From NCBI GenBank assembly GCA_044233485.1, contig JBIIJY010000001.1, positions 16,701-80,700 on the forward strand: DNA of 64,000 nt. The letters are read 5' to 3'. Below, one piece after another: positions 1 to 8,124 of the stretch (position 1 is the first letter of the stretch; every line of letters begins with the position of its first letter). The stretch comes from Minisyncoccia bacterium (GTDB lineage: Bacteria > Patescibacteriota > Minisyncoccia > Phycocordibacterales > UBA6065). The position numbers were made by a program, and so were the translations under genes. The notes under the pieces were generated by a model. That model saw only the letters and a list, made by a program, of their open reading frames with translations, was not told where the DNA came from and ran no database searches.

Positions 1-557
1 TTATACACCACCATCTTTTTCCCTTCTTGTTTTGAGAAAAAGTCTCGCCACATACCCGCTGCTGGCGAGTGCATCAGGCTCAGTAGTTGCTCTTCCTTGA
101 GCGTCAGATCAAACCGCGCATTATCAAAAATCTGTTTAAGAAAATAGCGGTATGGCGCAAGAAGTTTTGAGTTCAAAAATACCGCTTGCGTCTCGGGACT
201 AATCTTTCCCATCGCTAGAGTAAAAAAGACGATCTTGTTGGCAGACTTTTGCAATCGCTGTTCGAGAAACGTCGCACGCTCTTGAGCTACTGTGTCAGCT
301 GAGTTGATCTCGAAGGCGAGCTGGAAATAAAAAACTGGCTTCCAGGTACCGGCCACTTTGGTCAGCGCCTCCCAATCACGTATTGCTTCATAGAGACTTG
401 TTTCAGAAGCAGTAAAATCTACGCCTTCATATTTTGACGCAAAATCGGTGTAGGTCTTTTCGAGAAAAAGGCAGTCGGTCTCTATTTGCGGATCAGTATG
501 TGAGGCATAGAGCAAGGTTAAATCCCACTCTGTTTTATATGGAGAGTTTGTACTCAT
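1..557 (-). CDS. Oligoendopeptidase F / M3 family peptidase, N-terminal part (runs off the window start)
   Basis: Hand-translated open frame from ATG 557: MSTNSPYKTEWDLTLLYASHTDPQ...LAPYRYFLKQIFDNARFDLTLKEEQLLS, resembling the PepF N-terminus (WDL..LY; Y..L....R..L...EE.LL). Confidence 0.8.
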   Translation of the reverse strand, partial: MSTNSPYKTEWDLTLLYASHTDPQIETDCLFLEKTYTDFASKYEGVDFTASETSLYEAIRDWEALTKVAGTWKPVFYFQLAFEINSADTVAQERATFLEQRLQKSANKIVFFTLAMGKISPETQAVFLNSKLLAPYRYFLKQIFDNARFDLTLKEEQLLSLMHSPAAGMWRDFFSKQEGKKMVVY

Positions 558-585
558 GATGATCTCATACTAGCAGAAAACTCGC

Positions 586-897
586 TTATTCTCTAACCAC
601 CTCACCACCGCTCGCCATCCAAGACGAAAGCCCTCCTTCGAGGTTATAGACCTCGTTAAACCCAAGTCCAGTCAAGTAAAGCGCCGCGACTTTACTTCTC
701 CCTCCGCTCAGACACTGGCAAACTATCTGCGCATCTTTTTTGAGTAAGTTGATTTTTGATTCAAATTCATTAAGTGGAACTGAGAGTGCGCCAGGGATAT
801 GCCCTTCTGTAAATTCAGAACTTGAACGCACATCAACAAGGAGTGTATTTGGATTTTCTTTTATTGTTTTAAACTCGGGTACAGTGATGTTTTTCAT
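586..897 (-). CDS. Rhodanese-like domain protein
   Basis: LVDVR..EF..GHIPGA and C.SGGRS motifs, NLEGG..W. Confidence 0.92.
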   Translation of the reverse strand: MKNITVPEFKTIKENPNTLLVDVRSSSEFTEGHIPGALSVPLNEFESKINLLKKDAQIVCQCLSGGRSKVAALYLTGLGFNEVYNLEGGLSSWMASGGEVVRE

Positions 898-962
898 TTG
901 ATTTCTGCTTCACTTTTTGTGTTATCTACAAAACGATACTTCTATATTTTCTAGTTAACCTT

Positions 963-1373
963 CTACCCCCAGAGATTAAGGAAGACACCAATATAGTGGA
1001 CAACCACATACAAGAAAAATAAATATCCTGCGATAGCTACGATCAGTGTAATGGAAATGATGTTAAGTATTTCATTTCGTCTTTTCTTTGCCTCATCGAT
1101 AGTACAGATACCTTTTGCTCGTCGAAAATAGTAGATAAGTGCCCCTGCAAGCGACACAAGTCCTGCCCCACGGAAATACCATGCATAGTCTCCGTAGAGA
1201 GTATCTGCCAAGGACGTAGCGAAGCTCGCTGTCGATAATCCAAGCAACACCAGGATCACCGGAGACAAGCAGCACAGTGAGGCGAACATCACCGGCAGAG
1301 AAGACAGCTTCAGGGCATCGCGCAAGAGTGTTTTCTGTGTATTTGTTATCGAGTTTTGAGCTTTTGGTTCCAT
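963..1373 (-). CDS. MerT-like heavy-metal transport membrane protein
   Basis: FASLCCLSPVILVLLG Cys pair in first TM, 3 hydrophobic segments; start chosen at ATG 1373. Confidence 0.6.
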   Translation of the reverse strand: MEPKAQNSITNTQKTLLRDALKLSSLPVMFASLCCLSPVILVLLGLSTASFATSLADTLYGDYAWYFRGAGLVSLAGALIYYFRRAKGICTIDEAKKRRNEILNIISITLIVAIAGYLFFLYVVVHYIGVFLNLWG

Positions 1374-1538
1374 ATGAGTTAGTGTGGTAATTATACCAGA
1401 TGTGTAAATTGTCACGTATCAGCTATTAGGACTAAGAGGATTAAGCAAGTAATACATTTCTGCGAAATGTCGTGCGCGACCCCCCATTGCACGACAATCA
1501 GAACTTTATGAGAGGAGATTAAAACTAGTATACAAAAA

Positions 1539-2075
1539 CTAGGATTTAATTTTTAGAAACACCTTCTCGTATTTTTCAGCAGAAACCTTATCAATGAGTT
1601 CTTTTTTGAATTGCCCAAAACCATTTAAAGTTACTGGGACACTGACTCTTGTATTTTCATTCCTAAGAGACAAACATTTTGCTGTTGCAAAGTAATCAAT
1701 AACTTTTACATCTGACCAATTAATTTTTTTAGAGTTACCTAAGAAATTTGTACTCTTAACCACCGTATCGTTAAATTCTACCCGAGTGTTTTTATAGTAT
1801 AAGACCATATACGAGCCCATCGATCCAAATACCACCAACATAAAAATTGACATTGTAAGGAATTGGCTATCTCTATTATAAACATCTACGTAATACAAAA
1901 CTGGAAAAACAGCCCCGAGCAATATTGAAAGTAAACCAATGTAACCAAAAACCTTGTCAGCTCTCATCACTTTTCCACCAGAAACATCTAAAGCTGGTTC
2001 ATCGGATTTAGTTATCAGGTATTTTGAAAAGGCAATTACACCTATAGAAATAAGTGCGTATGTAAGGAGATTCAT
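1539..2075 (-). CDS. Hypothetical membrane protein (3 TM plus small soluble domain), AT-rich cargo
   Basis: 178 aa ORF with hydrophobic segments; extended -10 (TGGTAATAT) just upstream. Confidence 0.7.
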   Translation of the reverse strand: MNLLTYALISIGVIAFSKYLITKSDEPALDVSGGKVMRADKVFGYIGLLSILLGAVFPVLYYVDVYNRDSQFLTMSIFMLVVFGSMGSYMVLYYKNTRVEFNDTVVKSTNFLGNSKKINWSDVKVIDYFATAKCLSLRNENTRVSVPVTLNGFGQFKKELIDKVSAEKYEKVFLKIKS

Positions 2076-2140
2076 GGAACTATATTACCATAATTACATT
2101 CACGGTATTCGTAATTCTGTATTGTAGCGTAACCTGATTC

Positions 2141-2734
2141 TTATAACACCTTGTCAACACTAAAGATATCGCCGACTCTATCTGTAGCTTTGAGAACATC
2201 TATTCTCTTGCGAAGATATTCACTATTAATTGAATACACCTTCATAAAGTTGGCAATATCCTCAAGGTCATTCTTCCCCACATCCTTACCCCTTTGAAGA
2301 ATAGCTTTAATGAGCAAGACGTCCTCGGGAGGTAAAAGCCAGAGTGCCTTATCTTTATGAGTTAACCTTATTCGATTGCTTAAAATATCATCGGTTATGT
2401 GCAAATCATATACCTTCTCGCTAATCGTAATAGTTAGATGACTCGTAAGCTGTATGGAGTGGTCATTTTCAGGATTAGAGTTACGAACATTCTCGGTCTC
2501 AGATTTATACTGAAAAGATTTAATTCCGAGGAGTGTATCTACTTTGTCGTGGTCTTCATTTGCAATATAAATATCCACATCATCTGGGAATCTTTTATTT
2601 CCCAATAAAAACAGACTTCCACTACCGCCAATCATCCATTGGATTTTATTTTTATCGAGTAATGAAAGTGTACTCAATAATTTGGGAAACTTTTCTATAA
2701 ATTGTTCAACTGACTCTCCGTTCATATAGATCAA
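2141..2734 (-). CDS. Nucleotidyltransferase-fold protein
   Basis: IGGSGS...R.PDDVDI (GG/GS plus DxD) motif and C-terminal PEDVLLIK....R.KD..D. Confidence 0.65.
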   Translation of the reverse strand: MIYMNGESVEQFIEKFPKLLSTLSLLDKNKIQWMIGGSGSLFLLGNKRFPDDVDIYIANEDHDKVDTLLGIKSFQYKSETENVRNSNPENDHSIQLTSHLTITISEKVYDLHITDDILSNRIRLTHKDKALWLLPPEDVLLIKAILQRGKDVGKNDLEDIANFMKVYSINSEYLRKRIDVLKATDRVGDIFSVDKVL

Positions 2735-2801
2735 GTATATAGTAATACTGAGATTTTTTACTCTATTCTTAAGTCGCTACATAAGTTTTTTAGTGGTGAA
2801 A

Positions 2802-2849
2802 TATCGGGATTCGGTCACGTATAAATTTCTGCTGAAATTTTATGCGACC
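2802..2849. repeat. tRNA-Glu 3' fragment fused to GTCAC-hairpin-GCGACC element (copy 1)
   Basis: 48 bp matching 3676-3723 with one mismatch; first 12 bp match tRNA-Glu acceptor/T-arm sequence. Confidence 0.9.
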
Positions 2850-2930
2850 ACACTGCGCGGCTTTTTGAGCTGGTCAACCACAGATATGAAATCAGAGAGA
2901 AAAGCTGAATCTACAAACGATACTGGTATA

Positions 2931-3473
2931 TTAGTAAAACCAAGGAATAAGACCAACTCTCTTTTTATACTCAGAATATGTAGCCCCGAACTTCCTTTCA
3001 AGGAAATGATCTTCTTTTTTGATTACATGTAATATGAAAAATATAACAGGTGCCATCAAGAATACTAGCCAATAATTTAACTGAAGATAAATACCAACAC
3101 CAGTAAGTATTGCTCCAATGTAGTAAGGATGTCTGGTAAATTTGTAGGGTCCTCCTGTAAATAGAGTATCTCCAGAATCATCACCCATAAATCCCCAGTC
3201 CTTGTTTCTATTTAATCTAGTCCAGAACATGAGAATTAATCCGAATAAGGAAAACATTACACCTAAGTAATAAGTGGGATTAAAGATATTAGTTTCTACT
3301 ATTTCCAACAAAAGTAGTATTGGTACCAAAAAAGATATAAATATCTCAATAAATTTTCTGCCCCAATAGATAAACGAGGTGACCATTCTTCTGTTTCTCT
3401 TTCCTTGGACTAAAGTAAAGCTATTTCGGAAAACAATGAATGCGAAAAGTAATATTAATGTTACTATTTTCAT
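2931..3473 (-). CDS. Isoprenylcysteine carboxyl methyltransferase family membrane protein
   Basis: L.T.GPY..TRHPYY.G motif, E..L...FG..Y..Y...V. Confidence 0.88.
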   Translation of the reverse strand: MKIVTLILLFAFIVFRNSFTLVQGKRNRRMVTSFIYWGRKFIEIFISFLVPILLLLEIVETNIFNPTYYLGVMFSLFGLILMFWTRLNRNKDWGFMGDDSGDTLFTGGPYKFTRHPYYIGAILTGVGIYLQLNYWLVFLMAPVIFFILHVIKKEDHFLERKFGATYSEYKKRVGLIPWFY

Positions 3474-3479
3474 GGGTTA

Positions 3480-3516
3480 CATTTTATCACTTTTAGACAT
3501 TTTTGATATAATTTAC
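3480..3516. promoter_or_regulatory. Conserved promoter block (minus-strand TGATAAAAT, plus-strand TGATATAAT)
   Basis: 37 bp nearly identical to 6938-6974; each copy lies immediately upstream of a cargo ATG. Confidence 0.7.
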
Positions 3517-3614
3517 GGATCAAGTGTGAGCCACAATAATTTGTTCGTCGTCACTCACAAATTTTCCAGCCCCGGACTCGACTGTTTTTCTTGCTAGAAA
3601 AACATGTCTCCGTC

Positions 3615-3675
3615 TTCACAAAATTTAAAAAGAGTGAAGCAGTTCACTCTTTTTAGAAACCAAATTTTGTGACCC
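3615..3675 (-). terminator. tRNA-downstream hairpin/terminator (copy 1)
   Basis: AAAAAGAGTGAA-GCAG-TTCACTCTTTTT inside outer TCACAAAATTT/AAATTTTGTGA inverted repeat; homologous to 7136-7196. Confidence 0.8.
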
Positions 3676-3744
3676 TATCGGGATTCGGTCACGTATAAAT
3701 TTCTGCTGAAATTTTACGCGACCCCGCCTCGCGCCGTCGCGCTC
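3667..3744. repeat. tRNA-Glu 3'-end duplicate (21 bp) plus structured element (copy 2)
   Basis: TTGTGACCCTATCGGGATTCG identical to 11530-11550; 3717-3744 identical (28 bp) to 59215-59242. Confidence 0.92.
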
Positions 3745-3789
3745 GGGCCGTCACAATAGTAAAAAGCCACGTGTAGTGGCTTTTTATTA

Positions 3790-3800
3790 TTGTGACCCTA
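3790..3800. repeat. att-like core TTGTGACCCTA (tRNA-Glu 3' end)
   Basis: 11 bp identical to 11530-11540, preceded by a terminator-like hairpin at about 3750-3796. Confidence 0.75.
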
Positions 3801-4014
3801 CTGTCCCTGGAGTGGAACTCCATAGAACAAGAGATTTTACGCTGGAAAAGTATTGTTTCTGTTTATGGTCATTTGATTATGTCTCCAAGTATGGCTTGAA
3901 AAGCTTACTTTTAAGTCTGTGATAGGAAGTTATTTCTACCAGTCTAGTTATAGGACTGTATTAGGTTAAACGGTTGGTGAAAAAATTAAATCTTCAGGCG
4001 ATACTGCTCCTACA

Positions 4015-4891
4015 TCAGGGCTGGCCTTTTTTTGGTTCACGTACTTTCATTTCCTTCGTGGCGAACATCTCGGCGAGTGTTTGATGGGTACTGGTGTCTC
4101 GCTTATCAACCTCGCCAGTTTTAGGGTTGTACATCTCTTTCTTTAACAAATCACTGATGATGTAAGCGGGTATGGATGAGGTAAGGGACGTTCCGTATGT
4201 GTATGTAAGTGCTATACCAGGAGGCACTCTAATGGCACCTCTTTCTATTAAACCTCCATAAAGTAATACTTCCACTTTACCTGTCACAGAATTAAAAATA
4301 GTAGAGCCACTTGAACCGCTTTGCACCATTGCGTCTATGAGTAAGCCGTGGGGATGTGAACAAGGAAAGGGTTGAACCGCACTCACAATACCTCGTTGCA
4401 ATACGGGGTTAATTTGATGTACCCAACCTGGGGCACGAAGTGTTCTGGTTCCCATTGGAAACCCTGCAATAAAAACCTCGTCGCCTTCGTTGAGATTGAA
4501 TGATGTTTCTAGTTAGAACAGGTAATCCTTTTGCTTTCACATAAATAAATCCAACATCAGGCACGTCTGTTCCGTAATGAGCACCCTCGACTGGTTCTTC
4601 TCTCGTTAATGTTCCAACTCCCTCGACTTCAAGAAATACTGATGCCATTCCTTTGCCTGGAAGGTTTTGTAGATACATTACCAGAATTGGCCATTCGTCG
4701 TCTGGTGCTCCCTTGCGTCTTGGTAGTTGCTTAATCACGTTTACAACGTGGTCATTGGTTACTATCAACCCGTCTTCTCGAACAATAAAGCCAGTCCCGA
4801 TAATATCGGGCATATCAGGATTTTGAGAAATTCTCCCGACTATGGCTACGATTGCTGGCTTTAGTTTTTGGTATTGAGAAGTGAATGACAT
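4015..4891 (-). pseudogene. Trypsin-like (S1) serine protease, frameshifted near 4513
   Basis: GTGFIV....IVTNDHV and DVGFI in ORF 4409-4891; GFP.G and IDAMVQSGSSGS in overlapping ORF 4015-4455; frames join at GTTCTAA|CTAGAA. Confidence 0.8.
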
Positions 4892-4895
4892 AGTT

Positions 4896-5762
4896 TTATT
4901 TTGTATCGGGTTCTTTCTTGTGCCATGCCATAATCTTTTTCAGTTGCTCCTTCGTAAGCCCGCTATCGAAAGGCTTGAACAGCCTGTCAGCTTCTTGGAA
5001 ACCCTCTTGGTCTTTGAGGTACAAAAATGAGTTCTTAAGGTTCAGTAAAATTTTGATGAGTAAGTCTTTAACAATATGAAAATTATTTACGCAGTAGTGG
5101 TAACCAGCCTGCTCTTCAAAGTCGAAATCTAGCTTAAATACGTCAACGCTTTCAAGTAGTCCAGCATATCCGCTGTGGGTGTAACTAGACATAATCTTGT
5201 AACACTTCCCAAGCATTTCCTTGATAGGCTGTTCCTCGTTCTCGTAAAATTCTGCAAGCTCGGTATTCAAATGTTCGTGATAAAATTCTCTGGCATCTAC
5301 GTTGCCAATGATTTTGCCTTTGAACCACTTATCAAGAAGGGCCTTATTCTTATCGTCCCAGAACAGCATTGCCAAATCTAATGCTTCCGTACCAGAACGT
5401 GATAGCTCCATCGCTTCAAGGTTCCTACCGTGACGACAAACTAGAAGCGTAGTCTTCAAATTACCGAAAGCCCTCGCAAGGAGAAGATAAGCAGCCGCAG
5501 TCTTTGTTTGTTCGGTAATAGATGTGAGATAAGGGAAAATCCTTCGTATCAATTTCTCTACATCAGGAAGGATTGCCTCAATTTCATCGCATAGCTGGTT
5601 TATTTCCGCCACGCTCCTTGCCTTATCGACTGCGGGAGAATCTGGGTTCGCTTGTGCATATAGAAAGCCCTTCTTTTTATTTATATCTGCAACACGGTTT
5701 TTTACGTATTCTTCAGGAGTTTCGTCTTTTTCAAGCTCTTCAGGGAAAGGAGGTTTTGTCAT
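4896..5762 (-). CDS. Hypothetical helical protein (DUF5677/HEPN-like by motif only)
   Basis: 288 aa; R...E and Y..MSSYTH motifs; ATGA overlap with upstream SET gene. Confidence 0.55.
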   Translation of the reverse strand: MTKPPFPEELEKDETPEEYVKNRVADINKKKGFLYAQANPDSPAVDKARSVAEINQLCDEIEAILPDVEKLIRRIFPYLTSITEQTKTAAAYLLLARAFGNLKTTLLVCRHGRNLEAMELSRSGTEALDLAMLFWDDKNKALLDKWFKGKIIGNVDAREFYHEHLNTELAEFYENEEQPIKEMLGKCYKIMSSYTHSGYAGLLESVDVFKLDFDFEEQAGYHYCVNNFHIVKDLLIKILLNLKNSFLYLKDQEGFQEADRLFKPFDSGLTKEQLKKIMAWHKKEPDTK

Positions 5763-6232
5763 AGGGATGTAGAAAGATAGTCAGAAATATAACCTTTGTA
5801 TTTTTCCTTTATTTCATTAGGAAGCTCTTTATAACAACCGAGCCTGCCTCTGCATATTGCGGAACCGCACTTACAGATACGCTCTTCTTCGGAAAGCTCG
5901 TCGCCATATTCATATCCAATCATTGCATAGTCTATGGCGAGTTCCTCGTCTTTCTTTATATTCCTCATTGCAACAAATAATGTGCGTTCCTTTACTCCCA
6001 GATTTGGGTCACACGAATGGCAAATAAACTGGCAGAGGTTTCCTTCTGGCATGGTAGGATCAATCTTCAAGCTCTCACTGATTGGTATGGTGTAAGCAGT
6101 TGCGTTTTCAACGATTGAACCAAAGGCTACGAACACAACCTCATCCTTTATAAAATCACGTTGGGCAAATAGGCTTTTCCCGTACTTACCTGTGTCCTTT
6201 GAGTAAACGTTGTCTTCGATTTTGTAAGTCAT
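5759..6232 (-). CDS. SET-domain protein (putative SAM-dependent methyltransferase) with post-SET
   Basis: GKSLFA.RD, HSCDPN, R.I...EEL.IDY, CKCGSAICRG. Confidence 0.92.
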   Translation of the reverse strand: MTYKIEDNVYSKDTGKYGKSLFAQRDFIKDEVVFVAFGSIVENATAYTIPISESLKIDPTMPEGNLCQFICHSCDPNLGVKERTLFVAMRNIKKDEELAIDYAMIGYEYGDELSEEERICKCGSAICRGRLGCYKELPNEIKEKYKGYISDYLSTSL

Positions 6233-6236
6233 AAAT

Positions 6237-6926
6237 TTAGCGAACCACGAGGAGAACTTTAGGTTTTGTGTCCATTACTTTGTCACGAACATCGAGGAAT
6301 AATTCTCCTTTCTGTATGCCTTCTACCAGTTCAGGTAGCTTGCCGTCGTAGGGATAGGCGTATGCATCGAATACCAATCCTTTGATTGGTGTACGTCCCA
6401 GGATTTCAGGAAATTCTGCTATGACATACGAACCCAGCTTTACCTTATCTTCGTAAGAGAAGACCCTATTTTCTTTGCTAGTAAAACTATCCACGAGTTC
6501 GATAATCGCACTTTTGAACTCACTATCTGTGTCGTACTTCTTGTTTAGGAAATCTAGCTTCTCTTGGAAGGCAGGGGTAAAAAGTTCGTCCCACTTTGCG
6601 AAGTGTAATTTCGAGAACTGGTCAGAAGTGAGCTTGGATTTTGCCAGAACTTTAACCCCTTCGAGTATTTCGTCTCCAAGTCGCAGGGCAGTCTCTTTCG
6701 CTTTTTCAGGAGACTTGCGGTTGCGCACTTCGATATTGATTGCGTGAATGCCATCGGCCACGTAAATGACCACGAACTCTTTTGTATGTTCAAGTGACCA
6801 CTCAACCAGACCCACAATGTTTTCAGTAGAAAACCACTTGTTTCCCAAGCTTATTCCAACCCCTATATTGTATTGCTTTGCGTAGAGGTCTTTTTCTGTT
6901 CCGCCTCGAACTTTGTATAACCGCAT
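6237..6926 (-). CDS. tRNA-dependent cyclodipeptide synthase (CDPS)
   Basis: GISLGNKWFS (catalytic Ser motif), VAD..HAIN, YVIAEFP (Y..xExP) and late YPY; 229 aa, typical CDPS length. Confidence 0.85.
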   Translation of the reverse strand: MRLYKVRGGTEKDLYAKQYNIGVGISLGNKWFSTENIVGLVEWSLEHTKEFVVIYVADGIHAINIEVRNRKSPEKAKETALRLGDEILEGVKVLAKSKLTSDQFSKLHFAKWDELFTPAFQEKLDFLNKKYDTDSEFKSAIIELVDSFTSKENRVFSYEDKVKLGSYVIAEFPEILGRTPIKGLVFDAYAYPYDGKLPELVEGIQKGELFLDVRDKVMDTKPKVLLVVR

Positions 6927-6937
6927 AAAAGTAAAGT

Positions 6938-6974
6938 CATTTTATCACTTTTAAGCCATTTTGATATAATTTAC
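6938..6974. promoter_or_regulatory. Conserved promoter block upstream of CDPS operon
   Basis: Near-identical to 3480-3516; extended -10 TGATAAAAT on minus strand about 12 nt from ATG 6926. Confidence 0.7.
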
Positions 6975-7032
6975 CTATCAATCACCTCCCTGTGTAGTCA
7001 ATGCAGATCCCTCCCAGAGATTTGCATTTTGT

Positions 7033-7135
7033 GTCACGAGTTACTAAGTGTTCTCGATCGCTTTGCAATCTGCGAGCACTAAGCACTCGCGACCCCAGCT
7101 CGGCACTTTTTCAGCTGAAAAAGTATGCCTGCGCT
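7033..7135. repeat. Divergent member of the GTCAC...GCGACCCC structured element family
   Basis: GTCAC-long imperfect hairpin-GCGACCCC followed by CTTTTTCAGCTGAAAAAG hairpin. Confidence 0.65.
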
Positions 7136-7196
7136 TTCACAAAATTTAAAAAGACTGGAGCAGTCCAGTCTTTTTGGAAACCAAATTTTGTGACCC
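7136..7196 (-). terminator. tRNA-downstream hairpin/terminator (copy 2) ending in att core
   Basis: 61 bp homologue of 3615-3675 with two compensatory base-pair changes. Confidence 0.8.
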
Positions 7197-7480
7197 ACAA
7201 CAGGACATACCTCGAACTTGGGACCGGATTCTCGACACCTTGGCAGCGTTGAACATGAAGGGCCTTCTGCCTGACCTGGCATCCGTTGTGGAACCAGAGC
7301 ATGCCTCTTTGAACGATGGCCTGCCGGATCACTTTGGCACCTAGCCCAAGCGGTTCGCCCCCCTTGCGGCGGATCAGGAAAGCATCAAAATCCGCCGACG
7401 AGATCGAGTGTCTGTTGGACGTGTGTCAGCAGCTCGGTCTCATCGATCACGGCGGTATCGGCGGCACGGGTAGAGCTGTG

Positions 7481-7717
7481 ATGGAACCGTTTGCCGTATT
7501 CGTTGATCAGTTCGATGCGGGACAGGATCGTCTGGGCTGCCGCCAGCGGATCAGCCGGCTGAGCGTCGCGAATCTTCCCGATGAAATCACCGAGCCCTGT
7601 TGTCCCGAGGACGCCCGACCGAATCCGGAACGGGTTCAGACCAAGGCGGCCCTGGAGGAACTGCTGGGCGACGACGAGGACGGTCTGGCCGCCACCTTCG
7701 AGGATTACCGCCTATGA
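7481..7717 (+). CDS. Hypothetical acidic protein (start uncertain)
   Basis: GC3-rich codons in 3' half; stop overlaps next start (ATGA at 7714-7717). Confidence 0.45.
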   Translation: MEPFAVFVDQFDAGQDRLGCRQRISRLSVANLPDEITEPCCPEDARPNPERVQTKAALEELLGDDEDGLAATFEDYRL

Positions 7718-7986
7718 GCGCCCCGAAGTTCGGCCTGGGCCGGTTGGTGGCCACGCCCAATGCGTTGGCCCATGTCTCCCACGCGGAGATCCTGAAGGCC
7801 GTGTCCCGGCATCTGGCCGGCGATTGGGGCGACTGCGGGGCGGAGGATTGGGCAACCAATGACGCCGCCCTGGTGCAGGGCACCCGCCTGCTGTCGGTGT
7901 ATCACGCCGTGGACCGGACGAAGTTCTGGCTCATCACGGAATGGGACCGGTCGGTGACGACCGTGCTCCTGCCCGAAGACTACTGA
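7714..7986 (+). CDS. Small conserved mobile-element ('plasmid-related') protein
   Basis: F.LG.LVATP.AL, RH..GDWGD, N..AL..G.RL.S.Y, W.ITEWDRS.TT.LLP.DY pattern. Confidence 0.85.
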   Translation: MSAPKFGLGRLVATPNALAHVSHAEILKAVSRHLAGDWGDCGAEDWATNDAALVQGTRLLSVYHAVDRTKFWLITEWDRSVTTVLLPEDY

Positions 7987-8124
7987 TTTCACGGCCTCCC
8001 ACTTCTGCGGAGGCCGCTTTTCTTCCCGCCGGCCCTTAAACCAAGGGGCCGTCCACGCTCCCGGCGGAGAGACTCACACCCAGAGCTACCTGCATCAACA
8101 GGCGGACGGCCCGAGAGAGACATC

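Noticed and set aside
1445-7196. Classical integron
   Set aside because: No tyrosine integrase and no clear RYYYAAC...GTTRRRY attC boundaries; separators are tRNA-derived.
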